NCBI GenBank assembly: GCA_036396655.1
Contig: DASWKK010000138.1
Span: 11,385-75,384, forward strand
Reading direction: 5' to 3'
DNA from: Acidimicrobiia bacterium
GTDB taxonomy: Bacteria; Actinomycetota; Acidimicrobiia; Spongiisociales; ZC4RG35
Length of the DNA stretch: 64,000 nt
Position 1 is the first letter of the stretch. Every line of letters starts with the position of its first letter. A program made the translations under genes and the position numbers. The notes below the pieces were generated by a model. That model was not told the origin of the DNA and did not search any database. It saw nothing but the letters and a program-made list of their open reading frames with translations. Of this stretch, positions 26,157 to 35,796 are shown piece by piece.

Positions 26157-26184
26157 CCGGGCCGGTTCATCGCAACCGGCCCGG
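26157..26184 (+). terminator. strong GC hairpin, probable terminator
   Basis: CCGGGCCGGTT-CATCGC-AACCGGCCCGG: perfect 11-bp stem with a 6-nt loop. Confidence 0.5.
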
Positions 26185-26346
26185 GTGATCGCGAAATCTC
26201 TTCTGCCTTCCCTGCACCTCTGCCGAGGTCCCCGACCTAGGGTGCTCCTCACTTCCCCGAGCGCTGATCGAGGCGTTCACTTCTCCGGCCGACAGTGGTG
26301 TTTTTCGCGCTCTCGGCAGGTCTTCGGCCGTCGAATACCATAATGC

Positions 26347-26375
26347 TTGACCAATGACACGTATGTAATTACAGT
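26347..26375 (+). promoter_or_regulatory. sigma-70-type promoter candidate for nrdJ
   Basis: TTGACC (26347-26352), 17-bp spacer, TACAGT (26370-26375), in a locally AT-richer stretch. Confidence 0.45.
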
Positions 26376-26385
26376 GCTGATGTCT

Positions 26386-26432
26386 CTACAAGATGTCGTG
26401 GCTGCTGTCGCCGCAACCACCATATCTAGTGG
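26386..26432 (+). promoter_or_regulatory. tandem NrdR-box candidates
   Basis: CCACCATATCTAGTGG (26417-26432) is a good match to the palindromic NrdR box acaCwAtATaTwGtgt. A weaker CTACAAGATGTCGTGG lies at 26386-26401. Centres are 31 bp apart. Confidence 0.5.
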
Positions 26433-26505
26433 TAGGGCTTGGTAATACGGACATCGCTCCCCTGGTGGCCAACCGGAGCGAGCCCAGTGCGAGGAGGCAC
26501 ATTTC

Positions 26506-29500
26506 ATGAGCAAAGGCCTGCGGATCACCCGTCGCTTCACCGAGGCCGGCACGGACGCCTACAACAAGATCGAGTGGTCTCGTCGCGATTCTCGGATCAC
26601 CAACCCGGACGGCTCGACCGTCTTCGAGATGACCGACGCCGAGATCCCGGCGGGGTGGAGCCAGGTCGCCGCAGACATCATGGTGTCCAAGTATTTCCGC
26701 AAGGCAGGTGTCCCCGAGTTCGACGACGAGGGGAACCAAATTCTCGACGAGTCGGGCCAGCCGGTTCTCGGCCCGGAGCGCTCGGCCAAGCAGGTGTTCA
26801 ACCGTCTCGCCGGCACCTGGCGTCACTGGGGTGAGAAGGAGGGCTACTTCGCCACGACCGACGACGCTGACGCTTTCGAAGACGAGCTCAAGTACATGCT
26901 GGCTAACCAGATGGCTGCTCCCAACTCCCCGCAATGGTTCAACACCGGTCTCAACTGGGCCTACGGGCTGACCGGCCCCGCCCAGGGCTTCTGGTACGTC
27001 GACGGCGAGGACGAAGAGCTCAAGGCCTCACCCGACTCCTACAGCCGTCCCGCACCCCACGCGTGTTTCATACTCGGGGTGAGGGACGACCTGGTGAACC
27101 CTGGCGGGATCATGGACCTCTGGGTTCGGGAGGCTCGCATCTTCAAGTTCGGCTCCGGCGCCGGGTCCAACTTCAGCCAAATCCGGGGCGAGAATGAGCG
27201 TCTCTCCGGTGGAGGCAAGTCCTCGGGCGTGATGTCGTTCCTCAAGATCGGCGACCGGGCCGCCGGCGCCATCAAGTCCGGAGGCACCACGCGACGAGCC
27301 GCCAAGATGGTCATCCTCGACGTCGACCATCCCGACATCGAGAGGTTCATCGACTGGAAGAAGGTCGAGGAGGACAAGGCGCGGGTCCTGATCAACCACG
27401 GTGGCCTCCCCGCCGACTTCAACGGTGACGCCTACGCAACAGTCTCAGGGCAGAACTCGAACAACTCGGTCCGGATTACCAACGACTTCGTCCAGAGCGT
27501 GCTTGAAGACGTCGACTGGGACTTGATCAACCGCACCGACGGCTCCGTGCGCAAGACGGTCAAGGCCCGTGACCTGTGGAACCAGATCGCCGAGGCAGCC
27601 TGGGCTTGCGCCGATCCCGGTCTCCAGTTCGACACCACCGTCAACGAATGGCACACCAGCCCGGCCGGGGGACGGATCCGGGCATCTAACCCGTGCAGCG
27701 AATACATGTTCCTCGACGACACCGCCTGCAACCTCGCATCGATCAACCTGGTCAAGTTCCACGACGACGAAGCCGGGGTCTTCGACGTCGAGGCCTACCA
27801 GCATGCGATCCGGCTCTGGACCATCGTCCTCGAGATCTCGGTGGCGATGGCTCACTTCCCCTCACCGGAGATCGCACAGGGGTCGTACGACTACCGCACC
27901 CTGGGCTTGGGGTACGCCAACCTCGGATCGTTGCTGATGCGACAGGGAATCGCCTACGACTCCGACCAGGGTCGGGCCATAAGCGGGGCGCTCACCGCGA
28001 TCCTCACCGGGTACTCCTACGCAACCTCGGCGGAGATGGCCGGGGTGGTGGGACCATTCCCGAGGTTCGCCGAGAACCGGGAGTCGATGCTGCGGGTGAT
28101 CCGTAACCATCGTCGTGCCGCCTACGGCGAGACCGACTACGAAGGCGTCAGCCACAAGGTGATGGTGATCGATCCAGACGTCTGCCCGCTGAACATGCTC
28201 GCCGCGGCGAGAAACTCGTGGGACCTGGCGTTGGAGCAGGGAGAGAAGCACGGTTACCGCAACGGCCAGGCGAGCGTCATCGCCCCGACAGGCTGCCTCG
28301 TTGGAGGCTCGCTGATCCCGACCGAGCGTGGCCTGGTCCGGCTCCGCTCCCTCGGTGACCCGAACGGGCGCGAATGGCAGGACCTCGGGATCGACGTCGC
28401 CACCGACGAAGGCACCCGGAAAGCGACCAAGTTCTACATCAACGGAGTGGAGCCGGTGGTGACGGTTGAGACGGCCCGTGGCTACCGCATCCAGGGAACC
28501 CCGACCCACCGTGTGAAGGTCGTCGCGTCCGACGGCAACTGGGCCTGGAAGCGGTTTGGCGAGATCGCCGCTGACGACCTGGTGCCGCTCCAGCTCGGGC
28601 AACTGATCGGCGAGCCGCAGGTCGTGCAGCTCCCGCCGCTCGGCGAGATGCACTGGAACGGCGACTTCTCGACGCGTGTCCCGCGCACTCTCACACCCCA
28701 GCTGGCCGAGTTTGTCGGCTACTTCATGGGTGACGGATCGCTCCACGCCAAAGGAATCCGCCTCGCCGTGGCTGCGGAAGATTTCGACGTGGTCGAGCGT
28801 CTCTCCCATCTCGGCAAGGAGCTATTCGGGTTAGAGGCTCATCTCTCCGAGCAGACTGGGCACACCGAGGTCGCGTTCCACTCGGTCCCGCTGACGCTGT
28901 GGTGGGAGGCGTCTGGGTTCGCCAAGCACTCGCCGAACGAAGGGCACTCCGGGAAAGGGTGGCATCCGCACATTCCAGATGCCGTGCTCCACAGCAACGA
29001 TCCCGAGGTTTACTCGGCGTTCCTCAGGGGCCTCTTCGAGGCCGACGGGACCGTGATGCGTGGATACCCGAGCTGGTCGACGACCTCTGTCGAGTTCTCC
29101 CACGAGGTGCAGACGCTTCTGCTCGCCCTCGGCATCCCCGCCACCCGCAAATTCGACACGACCGGGTGGGGCAACTCACCGCTGGCAGTGCTTCGGGTGC
29201 TCAACCTGTCCTACGGCCGCTTGTGGAACGAGCGAGTCGGATTCATGAGCGGTCGCAAACAGAGCGCGATGAGGACGTCCGAGGTCCGTCAGGCGGCCCG
29301 CATGGATTACGTGCCGGTGACACGACAGATGATCGATCGGCTGGCCCCGGGGAACGACCATCTCCGCAAGACGATGCTGCTCTCGATGAGCCGGCTCGGT
29401 CTGGTGTCGCGTCGTTCGGCGAGGGAGCTGTTTGACCGCACCGGTGACGTCGAACTCGGTCGTCTCCTCGGCTACTTCTACGACCGAGTCGCCTCGGCCG

Positions 29501-31215
29501 AACTTGGGGACGAGGAGATGACCTACGACCTTTCGGTTCCGGACAACGTCACCTACGTGGCCAATGGTTTCGTGTCGCACAACACCATCGGCCTCTTGAT
29601 GGATTGTGATACCACCGGGGTCGAGCCCGACTTCGCCCTGGTCAAGTTCAAGAAGCTGGCCGGAGGCGGGTACTTCAAGATCGCCAACCAGTCGGTGACG
29701 CCCGCCCTGAAGCACCTGCGCTACTACCCGGACCAGATCAAGGACATCATCGAGTACATCGTGGGCACCAGCTCACTCGATGGTGCGCCTCACATCAACC
29801 GGGAGACCCTGGCCGCCAAGGGGTTCACCGACGACGACCTGGACAAAGTGGAGAAGGCGCTGCCCTCGATCTTCGAGCTACGGCACGCATTCAACGTGTT
29901 CACCTTCGGTGAGGAGACTCTGCAGCGGCTCGGGTATGGCGTGGACGAGTACACCGGGTGGGAGTTCAACCTGCTCAAGGCGCTCGGGTTCAGCGCGAAG
30001 GAGATCAACGAGGCCAACGATCACATATGTGGCCGCCAGACCATTGAGGGTGCGCCCCATATCAAGGACGAGCATCTCTCCGTCTTCGACACCGCCAACA
30101 AGAACGGCAAGTACGGGAAGCGGTTCATCCATCACTACGGGCACATCAAGATGATGGCCGCGGCCCAACCGTTCATCTCCGGGGCGATCAGTAAGACGAT
30201 CAACATGCCCCACGAGATCACCGTCGAGGACATCGAAGAGTCCTACCGGATGTCGTGGGAGTGGGGTCTCAAGGCAATGGCCCTCTACCGGGACGGCTCC
30301 AAGGCCGCCCAGCCGCTCAACTCGACCTCGGACGAGGGTGAGGAGAGCGAAGACGAGGCGCCTGCGATCACCGCCGCTGTCGAAGCGGAGAAGGCGATCC
30401 ACTGGGGCAACCTGCCGGCGGGGATCTCCCCGACCCAGGCCTACCGCCAGGGCATGAAGCCGCCCCGCTTCCTGTTGCCGGCTCGTCGGGCCGGGTACAA
30501 CCAGGAGGCGCGGATCGGTGGCCACAAGGTGTTCCTGCGCACCGGCGAGTACGAGGACGGCACCCTGGGCGAGATCTTCATCGACCTGGCCAAGGAAGGG
30601 GCGACCCTCAAGGGCATTCTCTCCTGTTTCGCCATCGCTGTGTCCAAGGGGCTCCAGTATGGGGTGCCGTTGGAGGAGTACGTCGACACCTTCACCTTCC
30701 AGACCTTCGAGCCGAGAGGCATGGTCGAAGGCCATCAAAACATCAAGATGGCCAACTCGATTGTCGACTACGTGTTCCGGGCCCTGGGCGTGGAGTATCT
30801 CGAACGCGACGAGCTGGCCCAGGTGCCACCCAACCGTGACATGGAGCTGCCTGAGCCGCCCAACGGTCTCGCCATCGAGGCCGGAGTCCAGCTCGACCTC
30901 ACCGACGCAGTCGCCGAGACCGACGTGGACGCGCTCAAGGCGGCCGCCGCCTTCGTCGACGCCCCGAATGGGCGCAGCGATGTCCCACTGCGCAGCGGGG
31001 GGACCGACGCCAGCGAGCGGAGCGAGCGCGTCGAGGGGGGTGTCGCCATCGAGGAGAAGGCGACCGTGGTCGCCGGCAGCGCCGCTCTAGTCGACTCGGC
31101 CCTGAAGGAGAACATGGGCGACGCCCCGGTGTGCTCCAACTGCGGCCACATGACGATCAGGAACGGGTCGTGCTACGTCTGCCTCACCTGCGGGGACACC
31201 ACCGGTTGTAGCTGA
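26506..31215 (+). CDS. nrdJ: adenosylcobalamin-dependent (class II) ribonucleotide reductase, intein-containing precursor
   Basis: N-terminus ITRRFT..G.DAY..IEW, NPCSEY, IAPTG|intein|TIGLLMDCDTTGVEPDF, C-terminal CxxC..CxxC zinc ribbon. Confidence 0.95.
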   Translation: MSKGLRITRRFTEAGTDAYNKIEWSRRDSRITNPDGSTVFEMTDAEIPAGWSQVAADIMVSKYFRKAGVPEFDDEGNQILDESGQPVLGPERSAKQVFNRLAGTWRHWGEKEGYFATTDDADAFEDELKYMLANQMAAPNSPQWFNTGLNWAYGLTGPAQGFWYVDGEDEELKASPDSYSRPAPHACFILGVRDDLVNPGGIMDLWVREARIFKFGSGAGSNFSQIRGENERLSGGGKSSGVMSFLKIGDRAAGAIKSGGTTRRAAKMVILDVDHPDIERFIDWKKVEEDKARVLINHGGLPADFNGDAYATVSGQNSNNSVRITNDFVQSVLEDVDWDLINRTDGSVRKTVKARDLWNQIAEAAWACADPGLQFDTTVNEWHTSPAGGRIRASNPCSEYMFLDDTACNLASINLVKFHDDEAGVFDVEAYQHAIRLWTIVLEISVAMAHFPSPEIAQGSYDYRTLGLGYANLGSLLMRQGIAYDSDQGRAISGALTAILTGYSYATSAEMAGVVGPFPRFAENRESMLRVIRNHRRAAYGETDYEGVSHKVMVIDPDVCPLNMLAAARNSWDLALEQGEKHGYRNGQASVIAPTGCLVGGSLIPTERGLVRLRSLGDPNGREWQDLGIDVATDEGTRKATKFYINGVEPVVTVETARGYRIQGTPTHRVKVVASDGNWAWKRFGEIAADDLVPLQLGQLIGEPQVVQLPPLGEMHWNGDFSTRVPRTLTPQLAEFVGYFMGDGSLHAKGIRLAVAAEDFDVVERLSHLGKELFGLEAHLSEQTGHTEVAFHSVPLTLWWEASGFAKHSPNEGHSGKGWHPHIPDAVLHSNDPEVYSAFLRGLFEADGTVMRGYPSWSTTSVEFSHEVQTLLLALGIPATRKFDTTGWGNSPLAVLRVLNLSYGRLWNERVGFMSGRKQSAMRTSEVRQAARMDYVPVTRQMIDRLAPGNDHLRKTMLLSMSRLGLVSRRSARELFDRTGDVELGRLLGYFYDRVASAELGDEEMTYDLSVPDNVTYVANGFVSHNTIGLLMDCDTTGVEPDFALVKFKKLAGGGYFKIANQSVTPALKHLRYYPDQIKDIIEYIVGTSSLDGAPHINRETLAAKGFTDDDLDKVEKALPSIFELRHAFNVFTFGEETLQRLGYGVDEYTGWEFNLLKALGFSAKEINEANDHICGRQTIEGAPHIKDEHLSVFDTANKNGKYGKRFIHHYGHIKMMAAAQPFISGAISKTINMPHEITVEDIEESYRMSWEWGLKAMALYRDGSKAAQPLNSTSDEGEESEDEAPAITAAVEAEKAIHWGNLPAGISPTQAYRQGMKPPRFLLPARRAGYNQEARIGGHKVFLRTGEYEDGTLGEIFIDLAKEGATLKGILSCFAIAVSKGLQYGVPLEEYVDTFTFQTFEPRGMVEGHQNIKMANSIVDYVFRALGVEYLERDELAQVPPNRDMELPEPPNGLAIEAGVQLDLTDAVAETDVDALKAAAAFVDAPNGRSDVPLRSGGTDASERSERVEGGVAIEEKATVVAGSAALVDSALKENMGDAPVCSNCGHMTIRNGSCYVCLTCGDTTGCS
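28294..29583 (+). mobile_element. intein (430 aa) with LAGLIDADG homing endonuclease domain
   Basis: Cys1 (CLVGGSLIPT), block B GTPTHRV, LAGLIDADG-type FVGYFMGDGS and FLRGLFEADGT, C-terminal VSHN followed by Thr(+1). In frame at NrdJ aa 597-1026. Confidence 0.9.
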
Positions 31216-31294
31216 GGAGAACTACCACAACTCGGAACTGACAACGTCGCATTCTGGGTCCCTACCATCGCAGCCTGAAGGCGGAGACTTTCAG

Positions 31295-31588
31295 ATGAAC
31301 TCGACGCTCGGCCGAACCATGAGGGGCGCTGTGGTAGGGGTAGCCGGGGGCCTGGTCGCCGGGTTGCCGGGTGAGTTCCTGGTCCAGATCGTAAGGTGGC
31401 TGTTCCCCACCGATGTGTGGATCGTAGGTTTCGCACTGATCTGGGCCGTTCCACTCGGAATAGCGACCGGAGCTATCTGCGGCTGGCGACAGTGGCTCAT
31501 GAATTCGTACCGTAGAGCCGCTGTCGCTGGCATTCCCGGACTGGTCGTCGGCATCCTTGTGGCGTTGCTGCAGTTCGATGCCGCTTAG
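31295..31588 (+). CDS. hypothetical small membrane protein
   Basis: 97 aa with 3 hydrophobic segments. No motif recognised. Confidence 0.4.
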   Translation: MNSTLGRTMRGAVVGVAGGLVAGLPGEFLVQIVRWLFPTDVWIVGFALIWAVPLGIATGAICGWRQWLMNSYRRAAVAGIPGLVVGILVALLQFDAA

Positions 31589-31753
31589 CTCCCTGGAACA
31601 CGTTGGGAAGAATGCGACAGCGGCACTGTCCCCGAAAAACCTTCACCTACATGCGATCTGGGCGCTTTCGTCGCATACGCCTGTCAGTCACAGTTCTCGA
31701 GACGGCTCGGATTTCGATTCATATGATGCCGGCTCGATTCGAGAGGAGCACCA

Positions 31754-32170
31754 ATGGACATCGTCGATCAGCATTTCGCCGCCGAGAACGCCCATGACGT
31801 TCCTGGCACGCTGGCCACCTACACCGACGACATCGTGTGGGACGACGTCACCCACCCCCTCAGCCCGGTGCGCGGCAAGGAGGCGGTGGGAGCGGTCTAC
31901 ACAGACATCATCGCCGCCATCCCCGACGTCAACTTCGTGTCTACCCGTCGCTTCACCTCCGAGGATGGCCAGTGGGTGGTCGACGAGTCCGATGTCACCG
32001 GCCATGTGGAGGGCGAGTGGGCCGGGATCGCCGGGGAGGGCGCGCCGGTCGAGATCAGGATCCTTCACCTGTTCCAAATCCGCGACGGTCTGATCGCCTA
32101 CGAGAACACCTGGTTCGACTCGGCGGCAGTCGCACGCCAGGTCGAGGCGTGGAAGGCATCGAGGGGCTGA
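31754..32170 (+). CDS. SnoaL-like / NTF2-fold protein
   Basis: DQHFAAENAHD...Y.DDIVWD......G.EAV...Y pattern of SnoaL-like polyketide-cyclase-fold proteins. Confidence 0.7.
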   Translation: MDIVDQHFAAENAHDVPGTLATYTDDIVWDDVTHPLSPVRGKEAVGAVYTDIIAAIPDVNFVSTRRFTSEDGQWVVDESDVTGHVEGEWAGIAGEGAPVEIRILHLFQIRDGLIAYENTWFDSAAVARQVEAWKASRG

Positions 32171-32221
32171 CCCCGGAACTTCTCGCCTACCGTGGGATTT
32201 CATCAGTCAGGGAGCATCAGC

Positions 32222-33193
32222 ATGAACTCACGACCCCTCGGGACCAGAAGCGGGATCGAAGTGTCCGAGGTCGGCCTCGGTCTGTGGGCGGTGCCAGGCA
32301 GCGAATGGGGGCCGGGCGAGGATCGCGCCAGCCTCGACGCTATCGAAGCTGCTCTCGACGCAGGTGTGACGTTCTTCGACACCGCCGATATCTATGGGGG
32401 AGGGCACTCAGAAGAGCTCCTGGGACAGGCGATGGGCGGTCGGCGAGACCGGTTTGTGGTGGCGACCAAGATCGGCTGGGTCAATTTCGACCACGAGGCG
32501 CGCCGCAGCCAATACGACACGGTCGACAAGCTGATCGCCGGTGTGGAGGAGTCGCTACGCCGGCTCGGGACCGACCGGGTCGAGGCGATCCAATGCCACA
32601 TCGGCTACCTCGAGCCCAACACCGCGGTCTTCATCGAAGGATTTCGCAAGCTGAAAGAGCAAGGCAAGGTTGGGGCTTGGGGGGTGAGCACCAGCGACTA
32701 CTCGCTCCTGGAGCGATTCAACGTCGACGGTGACTGCGACCTGCTCCAGATCGACTACAGCATCCTCAACCGGACCGCGGAGGCCGACATCCTCCCCTAC
32801 TGCCCGGCCAACGGGATCGGGGTCATCGTCCGCGGCCCGCTGGCCATGGGTTTGCTCGCTGACAAATACAGCGCCTCCGACACTTTCCCCGAAGGCGACT
32901 TCAGAAGGGCGTGGATCGAAGACCCGGCGCAGAACGAGCAGTTCCTCGAGGACCTCGGCGTGGTGGAACGGCTGCGCGCGGTGGTGCCCGCGGGTCAGAG
33001 CATGTCACAGTTCGCTCTTCGCTTCGTGCGAAGCCACCCCGCATTGAGCACAGTCATCCCTGGAGCCCGCGATCGGGCTCAGTCGGAGGCGAACTCCTCG
33101 GCTGCCGTCCTGCCCCTGCTCACCAGCGAGGAGCGAGAGGCAGTCGACCGGCTGGTGCCCCCCGGTGGCGGCCGCAAGATCTGGCCGGCATGA
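32222..33193 (+). CDS. aldo/keto reductase
   Basis: FFDTADIYGGGHSEELLGQA, GVIVRGPLAMGLL. Start at ATG 32222 after GGGAG. Confidence 0.85.
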   Translation: MNSRPLGTRSGIEVSEVGLGLWAVPGSEWGPGEDRASLDAIEAALDAGVTFFDTADIYGGGHSEELLGQAMGGRRDRFVVATKIGWVNFDHEARRSQYDTVDKLIAGVEESLRRLGTDRVEAIQCHIGYLEPNTAVFIEGFRKLKEQGKVGAWGVSTSDYSLLERFNVDGDCDLLQIDYSILNRTAEADILPYCPANGIGVIVRGPLAMGLLADKYSASDTFPEGDFRRAWIEDPAQNEQFLEDLGVVERLRAVVPAGQSMSQFALRFVRSHPALSTVIPGARDRAQSEANSSAAVLPLLTSEEREAVDRLVPPGGGRKIWPA

Positions 33194-33224
33194 GCAACCC
33201 ACGCTCGGCTTAGACTCGGAGCCA

Positions 33225-33611
33225 ATGCCCCGTCTCGACGCCATCGGTGTGATCGTCTCGGACATGAACCGGGCGATCGACTTCTACCGCCGCGTAGGAC
33301 TGGTGTTCCCGGCCGACGCCGTCGATGAAGTTCATGCCGAAGCGGTCGGCCCCGGTGGGCTCCGGGTGATGCTCGACACCGAGGCCAGCGTCATGTCCTT
33401 CTCGGATTGGCAACCGCCGACGGGAGGAAGCCCTCGCACTGCTCTCGCCTTCCTTTGCGACAATGCGGCCGAGGTGGATCGGCTCTTTCAGGAGCTGGTG
33501 ACGGCAGGAGGCAACGGCCACCTGCCACCTTTCGACGTGCCTTGGGGTCAGCGCTACGCCACGATCCACGACCCCGACGGTAACGCGGTAGACCTGTTCG
33601 CTCCGCTCTGA
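33225..33611 (+). CDS. VOC (glyoxalase/bleomycin-resistance fold) family protein
   Basis: LDAIGVIVSDMNRAIDFYRRVGL ... WGQRYATIHDPDGNAVDLF. Confidence 0.75.
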   Translation: MPRLDAIGVIVSDMNRAIDFYRRVGLVFPADAVDEVHAEAVGPGGLRVMLDTEASVMSFSDWQPPTGGSPRTALAFLCDNAAEVDRLFQELVTAGGNGHLPPFDVPWGQRYATIHDPDGNAVDLFAPL

Positions 33612-33628
33612 CAGCCAAACGGCGTCGC

Positions 33629-34615
33629 TCAGGTCTTGCGACGGTTCGCCTCCACCACGTAGCCCATATCCTCAGATCCAAAGCCCTGTGCGATCAGATC
33701 TTCCATCAACTCCAGCGTCCGCTCCAGCTGACCCGACGAAGCACCGGCTCTTCGTGCTTGCTCCAGGGCCAGGACCAGGTCTTTGCGGGCAAGATCGACG
33801 GTGAAGGTGACCGGGGCCTGTTCAGGATGGAGATACTGCTCCCGGCGATAGGTGAGCATCGGCGCGCCGGCCGCTCCCGCCGCCAGAACATCGAGAGTTG
33901 TCTCGGGCGACACTCCCGAGCCCTCGGCCAGGGCCACCGCTTCGGCCACCGCCTGGTTGAGACCGTAGAGCACAGAGTTGACCGCGAGCTTGAGGACCGC
34001 GGCCGAGCCCGTGGGCCCGACGTGAACCGGGTTACCCACCGACTGGAGGATGGGCTCTACCCGTTCGTAGACCTCAGGCGATGCGCCGACCATCACCAGG
34101 AGCGATGCGGCTTCAGCCGCCGCCGTCGCCCCCGAAACCGGAGCATCCACCATGGTTCCCCCGGTCGCCTCGACCATCGCCCTGACCTTTTCGAAGCTCG
34201 CCGGGCCGGAGGTGCCCATGTCGACGGCCATGGTTCCCGCGCTCACTCCCTCGGCCAGACCACCCGCCATCTCGTAGACCCTTTCCAAGGCATCGCCGTC
34301 GGCCAGCATCGTGATGACGAAGTCACTCGTGGCCGCCAGTGCGGACAGGCTGTCGGCGACCGATCCTCCATTCTCGCCAACCCACTCCTCGGCGACCGAG
34401 ATAGTTCGATTCCACACCTGAACCTGGTGCTCGGCGGCGAGGTTGCGTGCGATTCGCGAGCCCATTCGACCGAGGCCCACGAACCCGATCCGGGCCGGCG
34501 AGGCGTTCACGAGCAACGCGTCTCGACGATGTCCGGGGAGGGGCCTACTAGATCCGCTCGGTCTCGGTGTTGTTGCTGCAGTGGTGTCATTGGTTTCCCG
34601 CATAGTGTGTACCAC
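33629..34615 (-). CDS. NAD(P)-dependent 3-hydroxyisobutyrate dehydrogenase-like oxidoreductase
   Basis: IGFVGLGRMGSRIARNL Rossmann motif and 6-PGDH-like C-terminus. The true start may be the internal GTG near 34510. Confidence 0.8.
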   Translation of the reverse strand: MVHTMRETNDTTAATTPRPSGSSRPLPGHRRDALLVNASPARIGFVGLGRMGSRIARNLAAEHQVQVWNRTISVAEEWVGENGGSVADSLSALAATSDFVITMLADGDALERVYEMAGGLAEGVSAGTMAVDMGTSGPASFEKVRAMVEATGGTMVDAPVSGATAAAEAASLLVMVGASPEVYERVEPILQSVGNPVHVGPTGSAAVLKLAVNSVLYGLNQAVAEAVALAEGSGVSPETTLDVLAAGAAGAPMLTYRREQYLHPEQAPVTFTVDLARKDLVLALEQARRAGASSGQLERTLELMEDLIAQGFGSEDMGYVVEANRRKT

Positions 34616-34689
34616 ACCTCCGGCGGCGAGGGGACCTTTTGGGGTTGGCTCCGTCGTACTGGTGAGGGGAGGCGATCCTGAGAGCTGTC

Positions 34690-35796
34690 ATGTATCACGG
34701 GCCGGGCGACGTCCGGTTGGAGAACGCCGTCGAGCCGAAGCCAGGCTCGGGTGAGCTGCTGGTGCAGGTGGCCACCGTCGGGATCTGTGGTTCCGATCTC
34801 GGCGAGTACGTACATCAACCCCTCTTCTTCCCGATCGAAGCCAGACACCCCCACAGTGGTCACCTCGGCCCGACCATCCCCGGCCACGAGTTCTCGGGCT
34901 GGGTGATTGGCGTGGGTTCGGGAGTTGACGGCTTCGTCGAGGGCGACCTGGTGGCGGTCGGGGCAGGCGTCGCCTGCGGCGCCTGCCCCCCGTGTCGTCT
35001 GGGCAGGACGAACATGTGTCAGTCGTACTGGACAGTTGGCCTTCACTCCCATGGTGGGCTTGCCGAGTTGGTGACCGTGCCTGCCTCTTGCACCCTCAAC
35101 GTCACCAACTCGTCGCTGACACCCGACCTGGCGGCTCTCACCCAGCCGATGTCGATCGCAGTTCACGCCGCCAGCCGGGGTCGGGTAGCAGAGGGGGATG
35201 TCGTCACTGTGCTTGGCACCGGCGGCATCGGCACATTCATCACCTACGCCTCCGTCCGCTCAGGTGCCACAGTTACCGCAGTCGATCTGGATCCGGAACG
35301 GCTCGCCGTCGCTGCGCGGCTCGGAGCCGCGCAGACCCTGAACGCCTCTGACCCCGGATTCGAGGAGGCGCTCGCCGATCTCGAGAGACCAAATGTGGTC
35401 TTCGAGTGCACCGCCCGACCCGAGTCTCTGGTTCGAGGCCTGGGCCTCACGGCCGACAATGGCCGGCTGGTGGTGGTCGGGCATCAACCCGAGCCATTGT
35501 CTGTCGACTTCAAGCTGGTCTCGATGGGTGAGCTCGAAGTCATCGGGACCATGGCCCACGCATTCGGCTCGGACTTTCCCCGCGCCGTGGAGATGATCGC
35601 CGCCGCTCCCGAAGCCTGGACGGAGGTGGCCCCAACGGTGTACCCGCTGGACGAGATCGTGGTGACCGCACTCGAGCCGATGTCTCGCGGGCTGTCGCCC
35701 CAGATCAAGGTTCTGTTCGACCCGTCCCTGGAGGCCCGGCGTCCACTGCAGGTCGGCCGCGCTGATCGGGGGTCGGCTCAGCCGTTCCCGTCATAG
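34690..35796 (+). CDS. zinc-dependent alcohol dehydrogenase (MDR) family protein
   Basis: GICGSDL, GHEFSG, structural-zinc Cys cluster CGACPPCRLGRTNMC, VLGTGGIG. Confidence 0.8.
   Translation: MYHGPGDVRLENAVEPKPGSGELLVQVATVGICGSDLGEYVHQPLFFPIEARHPHSGHLGPTIPGHEFSGWVIGVGSGVDGFVEGDLVAVGAGVACGACPPCRLGRTNMCQSYWTVGLHSHGGLAELVTVPASCTLNVTNSSLTPDLAALTQPMSIAVHAASRGRVAEGDVVTVLGTGGIGTFITYASVRSGATVTAVDLDPERLAVAARLGAAQTLNASDPGFEEALADLERPNVVFECTARPESLVRGLGLTADNGRLVVVGHQPEPLSVDFKLVSMGELEVIGTMAHAFGSDFPRAVEMIAAAPEAWTEVAPTVYPLDEIVVTALEPMSRGLSPQIKVLFDPSLEARRPLQVGRADRGSAQPFPS

Noticed and set aside
26146-26505. Cobalamin riboswitch upstream of the B12-dependent nrdJ.
   Set aside because: I could not find a B12-box-like core or the multi-stem architecture. 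B12 riboswitches normally repress B12-independent alternatives rather than nrdJ. NrdR boxes explain the leader better.
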